A stretch of DNA of 63,007 bases, filler included, from Octopus bimaculoides (Eukaryota), in assembly GCF_001194135.2 (NCBI RefSeq). It is 5 parts of 5 records of this genome, joined end to end, with 100 filler letters (N's around TTAATTAATTAA, not from the genome) between each part and the next. Parts side by side here need not be neighbours in the genome. Positions count along the whole stretch, not along the records: positions 21,529 to 52,217 come from NC_069006.1; 4 more parts are not named here. The stretch is one strand, 5' to 3'. Position numbers and translations under genes: made by a program. Under the pieces are notes generated by a model that worked only from the letters and a program-made list of their open reading frames with translations, was not told where the DNA came from and did not search any database. Shown piece after piece: positions 36,691 to 47,886 of the stretch (position 1 is the stretch's first letter; each line of letters starts with the position of its first letter).

Positions 36691-36959
36691 TTTTATTGGC
36701 TAAACTGGCAATATGACCATCCCCAAATACAACAACATATATATATATACATATTTATATTTACATATGTACACATATATATAATTATAAAAAGGAAGTT
36801 TGAAAACGCCACTATATAAGATAAATTTTAATTTTCTCAGAGATATTTTACATGTTTTGGTTCTTCTTGAAAAAAACGAACCTTATCAAAAATACATATT
36901 TTTAAAAGTGTAATAAAAGAAAAGTTCATAATTATTTCTTCTTAGTTTCAACAAAGTCC

Positions 36960-37210
36960 ACTGGCTCCTCTGCCGGTGGCACGTAAAAAGCACCATTCAA
37001 GATTGGTTGATGCCAGTACTGCCTGATTGGCCTTCATGCTGGTGGCACATAAAAAGCACCCACTATACTTTCGGAGTGGTTGGCATCAGGAAAGGCATCC
37101 AGCTGTAGAAACTTTGCCAGATCAGATTGGAGCCTAGTACAGCATTCTGGCTTGCCAGACCCCAGTCAAACCATCCAACCCATGCCAGCATGGAAAGTGG
37201 ACGTTAAACA
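36960..37210 (+). mobile_element. SINE family C
   Basis: Two internal GGTGGCAC.TAAAAAGCACC units, then GGAGTGGTTGGCATCAGGAAAGGCATCCAGCTGTAG...CCAACCCATGCCAGCATGGAAAGTGGACGTTAAAC. Confidence 0.8.
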
Positions 37211-37284
37211 TATATATATATATATATATATATAAATATAAATAAATATATATACATATATATATATATCTATATATATATATA

Positions 37285-37575
37285 TATAACAATGAGAGTT
37301 CCAGTTGATCCGATCAACAAAACAGCCTGCTCGTGAAATTAATGTGCAAGTGGCTGAGCACTCCACAGACACGTGTACCCATAACATAGTTCTCGGGGAG
37401 ATCAGCGTGACAGAGTGTGACAAGGCTGGCTCTTTGAAATGCAGGTACTACTCATTTTTGCCAGCTAAGTGGATAAAGTGTCTTGCTGAAGTTTACAACA
37501 CATTGCTGGGAATTGAACTCATGATCTTACGATCATTAGCCAAATGCCCTAACCACTAAACCACGTGCCTTCACA
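37285..37575 (-). mobile_element. SINE family D
   Basis: Matches 22405-22690; minus-strand head GAAGGCACGTGGTTTAGTGGTTAGGGC...GAGTTCAATTCC. Confidence 0.8.
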
Positions 37576-37579
37576 TAAG

Positions 37580-37656
<77 letters not shown>

Positions 37657-38379
37657 NNNNNNNNNNNNNNNNNNNNNNNNNNNNNNNNNNNNNNNNNNNN
37701 NNNNNNNNNNNNNNNNNNNNNNNNNNNNNNNNNNNNNNNNNNNNNNNNNNNNNNNNNNNNNNNNNNNNNNNNNNNNNNNNNNNNNNNNNNNNNNNNNNNN
37801 NNNNNNNNNNNNNNNNNNNNNNNNNNNNNNNNNNNNNNNNNNNNNNNNNNNNNNNNNNNNNNNNNNNNNNNNNNNNNNNNNNNNNNNNNNNNNNNNNNNN
37901 NNNNNNNNNNNNNNNNNNNNNNNNNNNNNNNNNNNNNNNNNNNNNNNNNNNNNNNNNNNNNNNNNNNNNNNNNNNNNNNNNNNNNNNNNNNNNNNNNNNN
38001 NNNNNNNNNNNNNNNNNNNNNNNNNNNNNNNNNNNNNNNNNNNNNNNNNNNNNNNNNNNNNNNNNNNNNNNNNNNNNNNNNNNNNNNNNNNNNNNNNNNN
38101 NNNNNNNNNNNNNNNNNNNNNNNNNNNNNNNNNNNNNNNNNNNNNNNNNNNNNNNNNNNNNNNNNNNNNNNNNNNNNNNNNNNNNNNNNNNNNNNNNNNN
38201 NNNNNNNNNNNNNNNNNNNNNNNNNNNNNNNNNNNNNNNNNNNNNNNNNNNNNNNNNNNNNNNNNNNNNNNNNNNNNNNNNNNNNNNNNNNNNNNNNNNN
38301 NNNNNNNNNNNNNNNNNNNNNNNNNNNNNTATATATATATATATATATAAATAAATAATAAATGAGTATATGCAAATAT

Positions 38380-38700
38380 ACGAACATGTATGTACATACT
38401 TACATCTACCTTTATATATAGATGCATATCTGGGTACAGGACATTGCAAACAAAACGTAGACAAAATGATAAACAAAGTACAGAAAACACACAGGCCACA
38501 TAGGGAACATTTCCTTCATCAGCTGCCACCATTCTAACACAGGCGTTTTGAAGAGTTAGGGCAGGATGCATTGTTAAAATGGCTCTTCTCACGGACCACA
38601 AATTAAATTTGTTCCATGGAGGAATGTAGTGGCGGACAGAAAACAAGGCAGGAAAATGAAACAGTAGAATATACGGCCAGACATGGAAAAATATGTGTAT
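38380..38700 (-). mobile_element. Non-coding dispersed repeat (family G)
   Basis: Reverse complement CTTCAAAACGCCTGTGTTAGAATGGTGGCAGCTGATGAAGGAAATG...GTCCTGTACCCAGATATGCATCTATATATAAAGGTAGATGTAAG matches 61770-61930. Confidence 0.7.
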
Positions 38701-38919
38701 ATTGAACGCTGTGAAGCAACGTTATATATGTATATAAAACAAATAAATTAATAAGTAAATAAACAAGGCAAACATAAAAATAGGAATTGCTGTTGACACA
38801 AGGAAATTTGATTAGGTTTTTTTTTTTATATCAATTTTATATGTTGTGAAGAGTTTAATGAGAGATTGAGTGGTTCTTATCTGTTGCTCTTCATATTGGA
38901 CCTTCAAACCAGTGTTAAA

Positions 38920-38951
<32 letters not shown>

Positions 38952-39194
38952 ACACATGCCCATACATACACATGTACATACACTTTTGGGTAAGTGTAGA
39001 TATATACACACATATTAATGTAATTTACACACACATACATGCACACATATCCATACACATGCACACGCACACACACGTGTACACTTCATGCATGAAAGTG
39101 TAGACGTAGAACAATACTTTACACACACATGTACACACTTGTGTCTAAATACACACACACACACACTCATATGCACACACATGTACAGAAGGTT

Positions 39195-39243
<49 letters not shown>

Positions 39244-39669
39244 AGAAAATGAACAAGCATTCAGTAATTGAAGAAATAGAGAAAAGGGAAAGAAAAAGAA
39301 TAAATAAATAAATAAATAAGGAAATGAAATGAATGAATGAATGCGTGAATGAGTTAAATGAAAGAAACAAACATCATAGAAGGACAGAGTGAATGAAATG
39401 GAAGAAAGAGCAAAAGTAAAAGAATGAATAAATAAATAATGAAATGAATGAATGAAATGAAAGGAACGAAATGTAAAAAGAAAGACAGGATGAATGAAAA
39501 GAAAGAAATAGAAAAATACATGAATAAATAAACAAAGAGAAAAGAAGGAAAAAAGGAAAAAGAATAGAAAGAACAAGTGATAAGTGGAGGCGGAAAAAGA
39601 AAGAAAGTTTGAACAAGGAAAGGAAATGCAATGAAGAATGAGTGAATGAATGGAAAGATGTATGGACAA

Positions 39670-39888
39670 ATAATCCTTTGAATTATAAGTACAAGGTCTG
39701 AAATTTGGTGGGAGTGGGGCTAGCTGATTATTTTGACCCCCAGGGCTCAACAGGTGCTTATTTCACTGACCCCTGAAAGGATAAAAGATTAAGTCAGCCG
39801 CCTTGGAATTTGAACTCAGAACATAAGGACTGATGAAAGGCTGTTAAGCATTTTACTCAGCATGCTAACAGTTCTGCCAGCTCACCAC
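39670..39888 (-). mobile_element. SINE family B
   Basis: GTACAAGGTCTGAAATTTGG...GACCCCTGAAAGGATAAAAG...GAACTCAGAAC...CTGCCAGCTCACC. Confidence 0.8.
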
Positions 39889-39889
39889 A

Positions 39890-40350
39890 GGAATATTTCC
39901 AAACGGACAAAGTGTTAGAGCACCGAAGGCCAGATAGAGTAACCTTTAGGGGGGACAAACAAAAATGCCTACTAATCGACATGGCAGTGCCAGGAGATCA
40001 ACACATCATCAGGAAAAAAGAGAAAAGGTTGATAAATATGGAGACCTGAGAATTGAGATTACTAAGATATAGCAGCTATGTGAGTGGAACATAAGGTTAT
40101 CCCTATTGTCATTGGAGCATCAATCTGAAAAAACATCTGAAAACCTTAGAAATACCCTACAATCTAGGAGTATTGCAAAAATTGGCATTACTTGGAACTG
40201 CATGCATATTGCATAAAGTACTGTCTGTCTGAGGTCCTTGTTGTGACTTGACAAACAGTACAAATCCCCAGTAGACACAATATCTTCAATCAACAACCTC
40301 ACGATATTGGATACTGTGCGATGTCCATAATGATAATAATGATAATAAAA
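39890..40350 (+). mobile_element. R4/Dong-type LINE 3' fragment, subfamily 1
   Basis: FQTDKVLEHRRPD / KCLLIDMAVPGDQHII / DKYGDLRIEI / VIPIVIGA / LQKLALLGTACILHKVLSV*, then a 3' UTR and AAT-rich repeats. Confidence 0.85.
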
Positions 40351-40833
40351 GGTCACAGAAAACGAGAAAGCAACCATACTCTGGGATATGCCAATGCACA
40401 CAGATAGAGAAATTAAGGCCAATAGGCCGGATATAGTTGTCAGAGATCATCAAGAAAAAGATGTTTTCTAATTGGTGTATCAATACCAACAGATGACAAT
40501 GTTACTCTGAAAGAAATGGAGAAACTTTCAAAATACAAAGACCTGGAAATAGAGGTAACTCGAATGTGGAGTCCAAAAACAGAAACAATTCCTATCATTA
40601 GGTGCATTAGGTATGATAAAAAACATTCAGACAAATACATAACAAAAGCACCAGAACTTACAAGTAATTACATAACATACAGAAAATAGAACTACTAAAC
40701 GCTGTACACGTCTTACGTAAAACACTTTCAAATAAAAGCACCACAATAAACCACAGTACATACCTGAGGTACACAGAGCTGTGCTTGGTAGTGCAGTGAA
40801 AGCAAGTGATAAAAATAAGACTACTGAATGATG

Positions 40834-40874
<41 letters not shown>

Positions 40875-40877
40875 AAT
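40351..40877 (+). mobile_element. R4/Dong-type LINE 3' fragment, subfamily 2
   Basis: VTENEKATILWDMPMHTDREIKANRPDIVVRDHQEKRCFLIGVSIPTDDNVTLKEMEKLSKYKDLEIEVTRMW (RLE PD..D..K region), then ...VLRKTLS, a 3' UTR and (AAT)n at 40828-40877. Confidence 0.9.
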
Positions 40878-40985
40878 GCACACATCCTACGTAAAACACT
40901 TTCAATACGATGAAAATAAGAGCACAGCAACAAACCACAGCGCTTGGTAGTGTAGTGAAAGCTCGTTCTAAAAATAATAATAATA
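40878..40985 (+). mobile_element. Very short R4/Dong subfamily 2 tail
   Basis: AHILRKTLSIR* plus a UTR (AAACCACAG..GCTTGGTAGTG.AGTGAAAGC) homologous to 40715-40825; ends in (AAT)n. Confidence 0.8.
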
Positions 40986-41300
40986 AATGCCCTGATTCAA
41001 TAGGAGGCAATGGCTCTCATGGCTTCTGATCTTAACTGATTGGAAGTGTTATCATGTAACACTGTTTTGTCTTGGTATAAAAGATGGGGCTACAGCAAAT
41101 ATTCTGCTCAATGCCACAGATCCGCTTGTCAGTTGTTTGACCTTAACAAGCTGAGCATGTCCCTTGGTGGCTGATGATATGTGCAGCAGAAGTATGTGGG
41201 GAGCATCATAGCAATGTGTTGAGAGGAATTCTTTGGGGTTTGAATAATCCACCTCTGGAAACTTGGGTGTTTCGTACATCATCCTTAAAACAATGATGAT
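40986..41300 (+). mobile_element. Non-coding element F, 5' part
   Basis: Starts directly after (AAT)n and is the reverse complement of 35190-35490. Confidence 0.8.
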
Positions 41301-42641
41301 GAGATATATANNNNNNNNNNNNNNNNNNNNNNNNNNNNNNNNNNNNNNNNNNNNNNNNNNNNNNNNNNNNNNNNNNNNNNNNNNNNNNNNNNNNNNNNNN
41401 NNNNNNNNNNNNNNNNNNNNNNNNNNNNNNNNNNNNNNNNNNNNNNNNNNNNNNNNNNNNNNNNNNNNNNNNNNNNNNNNNNNNNNNNNNNNNNNNNNNN
41501 NNNNNNNNNNNNNNNNNNNNNNNNNNNNNNNNNNNNNNNNNNNNNNNNNNNNNNNNNNNNNNNNNNNNNNNNNNNNNNNNNNNNNNNNNNNNNNNNNNNN
41601 NNNNNNNNNNNNNNNNNNNNNNNNNNNNNNNNNNNNNNNNNNNNNNNNNNNNNNNNNNNNNNNNNNNNNNNNNNNNNNNNNNNNNNNNNNNNNNNNNNNN
41701 NNNNNNNNNNNNNNNNNNNNNNNNNNNNNNNNNNNNNNNNNNNNNNNNNNNNNNNNNNNNNNNNNNNNNNNNNNNNNNNNNNNNNNNNNNNNNNNNNNNN
41801 NNNNNNNNNNNNNNNNNNNNNNNNNNNNNNNNNNNNNNNNNNNNNNNNNNNNNNNNNNNNNNNNNNNNNNNNNNNNNNNNNNNNNNNNNNNNNNNNNNNN
41901 NNNNNNNNNNNNNNNNNNNNNNNNNNNNNNNNNNNNNNNNNNNNNNNNNNNNNNNNNNNNNNNNNNNNNNNNNNNNNNNNNNNNNNNNNNNNNNNNNNNN
42001 NNNNNNNNNNNNNNNNNNNNNNNNNNNNNNNNNNNNNNNNNNNNNNNNNNNNNNNNNNNNNNNNNNNNNNNNNNNNNNNNNNNNNNNNNNNNNNNNNNNN
42101 NNNNNNNNNNNNNNNNNNNNNNNNNNNNNNNNNNNNNNNNNNNNNNNNNNNNNNNNNNNNNNNNNNNNNNNNNNNNNNNNNNNNNNNNNNNNNNNNNNNN
42201 NNNNNNNNNNNNNNNNNNNNNNNNNNNNNNNNNNNNNNNNNNNNNNNNNNNTTAAATAAACTTAACTGAGTATTGACCGATTTCGCGATTACTAGAATGA
42301 ATCTAGATTTCGTTCATCAGCACAGTATTGTCCCAAAAATATATATAAATAAACAGAATTCTCACCTCACCAAAAGCAAACACACTACGTATCCAACAGA
42401 GTAAAGAGAATGAAGTTTATCTGTATATATCTTCATCAAAGAAGCGGGAATACTTCCGGGTTGCTTTTGGGTACCCATGTGGAGACAGGAATAAAAATTC
42501 AACATTGAATATATTCCGTGTATATATTTGATAAATAAATTCAAAAAGGGATAAAACTCTTTTACAAGAATTTTATATATATATATATATACATACACAC
42601 ACACACATATATATAGGTAGATAGATATATGCATATATATA

Positions 42642-43045
42642 GGTGCAGGAGTGGCTGTGTGGTAAGTACCTTGCTTACCAACCACATGGTTCTGGGTTCA
42701 TTCCCACTGCGTGGCACCTTGGGCAAGTATCTTCTACTATAGCCTCGGGCCGACCAAAGCCTTGTGAGTGGATTTGGTAGACGGAAACTGACAGAAGCCT
42801 GTCGTGTATATGTATATATGTATGTGTGTGTATATGTTTGTGTGTCTGTGTTTATTCCTCCAACATTGCTTGACAACCGATGGTGGTGTGTTTACGTACC
42901 CTAACTTAGTGGTTTGGCAAAAGAGACTGATAGAATAAGTACTAGACTTACAAAGAATAAGTCCTGGGGTCGATTTGCTCGACTAAAGGTGATGCTCCAG
43001 CACAGCCACAGTCAAATGACTGAAACAAGTAAAAGAGTAAAGAGT
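42642..43045 (+). mobile_element. SINE family A, full-length reference copy
   Basis: A box TGGCTGTGTGG, B-box-like GGTTCATTCCC, CORE-like GTGGCACCTTGGGCAAGTATCTTCTACTATAGCC, central TA/TG microsatellite, and tail ...CAGTCAAATGACTGAAACAAGTAAAAGAGTAAAGAG. Confidence 0.9.
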
Positions 43046-43996
43046 ATATATATATATATATATAGCAATAAGAAAATGGAGGAGAATATGCGGTATCCAT
43101 TGACTTGCAGACAGTGTATTCCATTGAATTAATTTATTTATTTAGTAACTAAAATGACAAAAACCACAATATACAGATGCTTATGACATACCATGTCATA
43201 TTAACGAAACAGCTGTAAGTTTCTGTATATTCTNNNNNNNNNNNNNNNNNNNNNNNNNNNNNNNNNNNNNNNNNNNNNNNNNNNNNNNNNNNNNNNNNNN
43301 NNNNNNNNNNNNNNNNNNNNNNNNNNNNNNNNNNNNNNNNNNNNNNNNNNNNNNNNNNNNNNNNNNNNNNNNNNNNNNNNNNNNNNNNNNNNNNNNNNNN
43401 NNNNNNNNNNNNNNNNNNNNNNNNNNNNNNNNNNNNNNNNNNNNNNNNNNNNNNNNNNNNNNNNNNNNNNNNNNNNNNNNNNNNNNNNNNNNNNNNNNNN
43501 NNNNNNNNNNNNNNNNNNNNNNNNNNNNNNNNNNNNNNNNNNNNNNNNNNNNNNNNNNNNNNNNNNNNNNNNNNNNNNNNNNNNNNNNNNNNNNNNNNNN
43601 NNNNNNNNNNNNNNNNNNNNNNNNNNNNNNNNNNNNNNNNNNNNNNNNNNNNNNNNNNNNNNNNNNNNNNNNNNNNNNNNNNNNNNNNNNNNNNNNNNNN
43701 NNNNNNNNNNNNNNNNNNNNNNNNNNNNNNNNNNNNNNNNNNNNNNNNNNNNNNNNNNNNNNNNNNNNNNNNNNNNNNNNNNNNNNNNNNNNNNNNNNNN
43801 NNNNNNNNNNNNNNNNNNNNNNNNNNNNNNNNNNNNNNNNNNNNNNNNNNNNNNNNNNNNNNNNNNNNNNNNNNNNNNNNNNNNNNNNNNNNNNNNNNNN
43901 NNNNNNNNNNNNNNNNNNNNNNNNNNNNNNNNNNNNNNNNNNNNNNNNNNNNNNNNNNNNNNNNNNNNNNNNNNNNNNNNNNNNNNNNNNNNNNGG

Positions 43997-44270
43997 ATAT
44001 AGAGGTCTTCAAGACAAAACTTGATGCTTTCCTCTCCACGATACCAGACGAATCAATGGCTCGAAATGAGACACAGTTTAGGGCAGCGATGTCAAACTCT
44101 CTTATACACCAGATGTGCCATCAAAACTATTGATTGGACTATATCAGGTGGAGGAGAAGAGCCATGCAAGGAACGTGAAGAGAGCACAGCATAAAGATGG
44201 AAAGTCATGATGGTGCTCCAGCATGACCACAGCCACTTGGCTGAAACACATAAATAAATAAATCAATAAA

Positions 44271-44275
<5 letters not shown>
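43997..44275 (+). mobile_element. CR1/L2-group LINE 3' end
   Basis: DIEVFKTKLDAFLSTIPDESMARNETQFRAAMSNSLIHQMCHQNY* fits the FK.KLD.FL..IPD.P...RAA.SNSL pattern. About 80 bp later comes GGTGCTCCAGCATGACCACAGCCACTTGGCTGAAAC and (TAAA)n. Confidence 0.7.
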
Positions 44276-44302
<27 letters not shown>

Positions 44303-44379
44303 TACATGTGGTACGTATGTGCTTGTATCTATGTGTGTGCATACATTGTATAAGCAAGTAGGTGTGTGGTGAATTTTTA

Positions 44380-44830
44380 GAGGCATAGTTAGGAGAAAAA
44401 AGGAAAGAGAAAAAGAAAGAAGCAAAGAAAGAATAAAGAATAGAGAAGGTCGGAAGAAAAATTAGGAAGAAAAAACAGAAAGGAAGAGTAACTAAGTGAA
44501 AGAAAGAAATAAGGAATGAATGATTGAATGAATGAATTGAATGAATGAATGAATGAATGAAAAGCAAGAAAGAATAGGAAAATAAAGAAAGTATACAAAA
44601 GGAAGAAAAGAGGAAAGAATGGAAGAATGATTGAATGAAAGCAAGAAAGAAGGAATAAATGAATGAATGACTGAATGAATGCATGAGTAAAAGAAAGAAA
44701 GAATAGATAAGAGGGAAAGAAACAAAGAACAGAGAAGAGATAAAAAGCATGAAATAAGATTAAAAAAATAAAACTAAGGAACTTTGGAATAAGGAAGGAA
44801 GGAGAGGGGGAGGGGGAGGAAGGAGGGAAA
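44380..44830 (+). repeat. Polypurine-rich GAAA/GAAT low-complexity tract
   Basis: Near-continuous A/G with (GAAT)n; a similar tract lies at 39240-39660. Confidence 0.85.
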
Positions 44831-45508
44831 GAGAAGGATTAAGAGAGGAAAGGGTTAAAATGGGGTTTTTTAACCGTCATCATTGCCACCCTCAAGACCA
44901 CCACTGACACTATCACCATAGCAACCACACACCCCATCATCATCATCACCTCCAACACAATCTCCAGTAGCACCACTATCAGCATCACCATTGCCACCAA
45001 CACCGCCACCACCAACAACCTCTCCACACTAACCGTGGCACTCACCACTACCACCACCACCACCACTATATCACCACTGCTACCACCAGCACCTCCATGA
45101 TCACAACCACCACCACCACAGCGATCACAACCACCACCACTGTCACCACCATAGCCCTAACATCCAGGTAACCCCTNNNNNNNNNNNNNNNNNNNNNNNN
45201 NNNNNNNNNNNNNNNNNNNNNNNNNNNNNNNNNNNNNNNNNNNNNNNNNNNNNNNNNNNNNNNNNNNNNNNNNNNNNNNNNNNNNNNNNNNNNNNNNNNN
45301 NNNNNNNNNNNNNNNNNNNNNNNNNNNNNNNNNNNNNNNNNNNNNNNNNNNNNNNNNNNNNNNNNNNNNNNNNNNNNNNNNNNNNNNNNNNNNNNNNNNN
45401 NNNNNNNNNNNNNNNNNNNNNNNNNNNNNNNNNGTGTAGATAGGGAAACATGTATAAACATAGTTACCTAAGCAAATATATATATATATATATGATATAT
45501 AATAGATC

Positions 45509-45548
<40 letters not shown>

Positions 45549-45803
45549 ATATATGCGATAATATATATATAATATATATGATAATACATGTGATAATATG
45601 TAAATAAACATATGGAAAGCTGAAGTTATACGATGATGATGATGATATTTAAACGGAATAATTAATAAATTTTTCCCTTATGAGGTTTTTCATGCTAACT
45701 ACTTGATAAATTTTTATAAAGATTTTATCTTATTTTTAAATACGATAATATATATATATATTATTCTCTCTCTTTTTATTCTCTCTGTTTATTTTCTCGT
45801 GTT

Positions 45804-45841
45804 CCTTTCTGTTGAAGAGCGTAGGCTTGAAATGTAAAGGA
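45804..45841 (+). ncRNA. Candidate minimal type I hammerhead-like motif (mutated) in a Penelope-type tail
   Basis: CTTT-CTGTTGA-A-GAGC-GTAG-GCTT-GAAA-TGT-A-AAGG: stem I CTTT/AAGG, stem II GAGC/GCTT, and a core with A6 replaced by T. Two CpG-type transitions separate it from GCTCGAAACGTA. Confidence 0.5.
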
Positions 45842-45984
45842 CTTTCTCACCTTCCAGAGCGTTAAACTAATACACTTGTTTGTTGTTTCTACAGCTGGAT
45901 GCTCTTCCTAACAACACCCACTCCGAGAGTGTAGTGGGTGCTTTTTATGTGCTGCCGGCACGTGTGCCAGACAGGCATCAGCCA

Positions 45985-46135
45985 CACTCAAATGATGGGC
46001 TTCTTTCAGTTTCCATCTACCAAATCCACTTGGAAGTCTTTGGTCAGCCTGAGGCTATAGTTGAAGACACTTGCCCAAGGTGCCATGCAGTGGGACTGAA
46101 CCTGGAACCATGTGATTGGGAACTAAAATTCTTAT
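45985..46135 (-). mobile_element. SINE family A head (preceded by a family C fragment at 45890-45985)
   Basis: CTTCTTTCAGTTTCCATCTACCAAATCCACT...GACACTTGCCCAAGGTGCCATGCAGTGGGACTGAACC. Confidence 0.75.
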
Positions 46136-46499
46136 CAAACAGCTTACATATAGATGACTGTGCCTGAATGTCTGTATATTTTTGTATACATGTATATAAA
46201 CATATACATACTATGTGTTAATACACATATATGTGTATGTATTTATCTAGTGTGTGTGTGTGTATCTATCTCTGGTCTTGATGTCACCATCATACAAACA
46301 ATGTCAGTTTATTTCTTGTTTTCCCCGAAAAGCATGTCTCCAGCTATGGGGTAAACATTACTTTACTTGGAAAATGGATGAGGGTTAGTGACAGGGAGGG
46401 CATCTGGCCATAGAAAATCTGCTTTGTAGATTTCCATGTGACTCAAGCAGGCATGGAAGAGTGGACATTAAATGAAGATGGTGATGACGTCATATCGTA

Positions 46500-46543
<44 letters not shown>

Positions 46544-46769
46544 CTTCACAAAAGTTAATCCTACATTTTTTTCTTGTTTTATAACCCTGGAAGAATGTGT
46601 GAACCAGGTCAAAGCATTTTGTCTCCCTAGAGATGTTCCCAGGCTAGAATTTGATGTTAGTAATAAGAAAAAAGAAAGAAGAAAGAGAAAGAGAAAAAGA
46701 AAGAAATAAAGAATGTGTGAGAAGGAGAGATAAAGCGTACATAGCTTACAAAAGTGATACAATACACAC

Positions 46770-46817
<48 letters not shown>

Positions 46818-46851
46818 ATATACATGTGTATATATATGTATGAATATAGAC

Positions 46852-46990
46852 ACAGGAGTGGCTGTGTGGTAGAAAGCTTGCTGCCCAACCACATGCATTC
46901 TAGGTTCAGTCCCACTCTGGCACCTTGGGCAAGTGTCTTCTGCTATAGCCTTGCACTGACCAAAGCTTTGAGAGTGAATTTGATAGACAG
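46852..46990 (+). mobile_element. SINE family A head
   Basis: CAGGAGTGGCTGTGTGGTAGAAAGCTTGCTG...GGTTCAGTCCCACTCTGGCACCTTGGGCAAGTGTCTTCTG. Confidence 0.8.
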
Positions 46991-47886
46991 AAACTGAGAG
47001 AAGCCTGTTTATNNNNNNNNNNNNNNNNNNNNNNNNNNNNNNNNNNNNNNNNNNNNNNNNNNNNNNNNNNNNNNNNNNNNNNNNNNNNNNNNNNNNNNNN
47101 NNNNNNNNNNNNNNNNNNNNNNNNNNNNNNNNNNNNNNNNNNNNNNNNNNNNNNNNNNNNNNNNNNNNNNNNNNNNNNNNNNNNNNNNNNNNNNNNNNNN
47201 NNNNNNNNNNNNNNNNNNNNNNNNNNNNNNNNNNNNNNNNNNNNNNNNNNNNNNNNNNNNNNNNNNNNNNNNNNNNNNNNNNNNNNNNNNNNNNNNNNNN
47301 NNNNNNNNNNNNNNNNNNNNNNNNNNNNNNNNNNNNNNNNNNNNNNNNNNNNNNNNNNNNNNNNNNNNNNNNNNNNNNNNNNNNNNNNNNNNNNNNNNNN
47401 NNNNNNNNNNNNNNNNNNNNNNNNNNNNNNNNNNNNNNNNNNNNNNNNNNNNNNNNNNNNNNNNNNNNNNNNNNNNNNNNNNNNNNNNNNNNNNNNNNNN
47501 NNNNNNNNNNNNNNNNNNNNNNNNNNNNNNNNNNNNNNNNNNNNNNNNNNNNNNNNNNNNNNNNNNNNNNNNNNNNNNNNNNNNNNNNNNNNNNNNNNNN
47601 NNNNNNNNNNNNNNNNNNNNNNNNNNNNNNNNNNNNNNNNNNNNNNNNNNNNNNNNNNNNNNNNNNNNNNNNNNNNNNNNNNNNNNNNNNNNNNNNNNNN
47701 NNNNNNNNNNNNNNNNGAACCTTCTGATTTTATTTTTCAGTGGTCTTAAATTGTTTTACTTTTATTCTTTCACTTTTGATAAGGCCATAATGTTGTTTAT
47801 ACTACATACATGCAATTGCTTACAAAAACAGAGGTTAATGTATAATTTTTTCTATGTTCATAATTTTTTGTTTATAATATTGAAAA

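Noticed and set aside
42300-42325. Minus-strand CTGATGA-AC-GAAA
   Set aside because: No stem II between the core words and no stem I partner; probably chance.
42362-42560. Minus-strand YSVGYVVCLLL next to a donor-like GTGAG, reminiscent of a GPCR TM1
   Set aside because: Similarity covers only a few residues, the acceptor is weak and no further exons were found.
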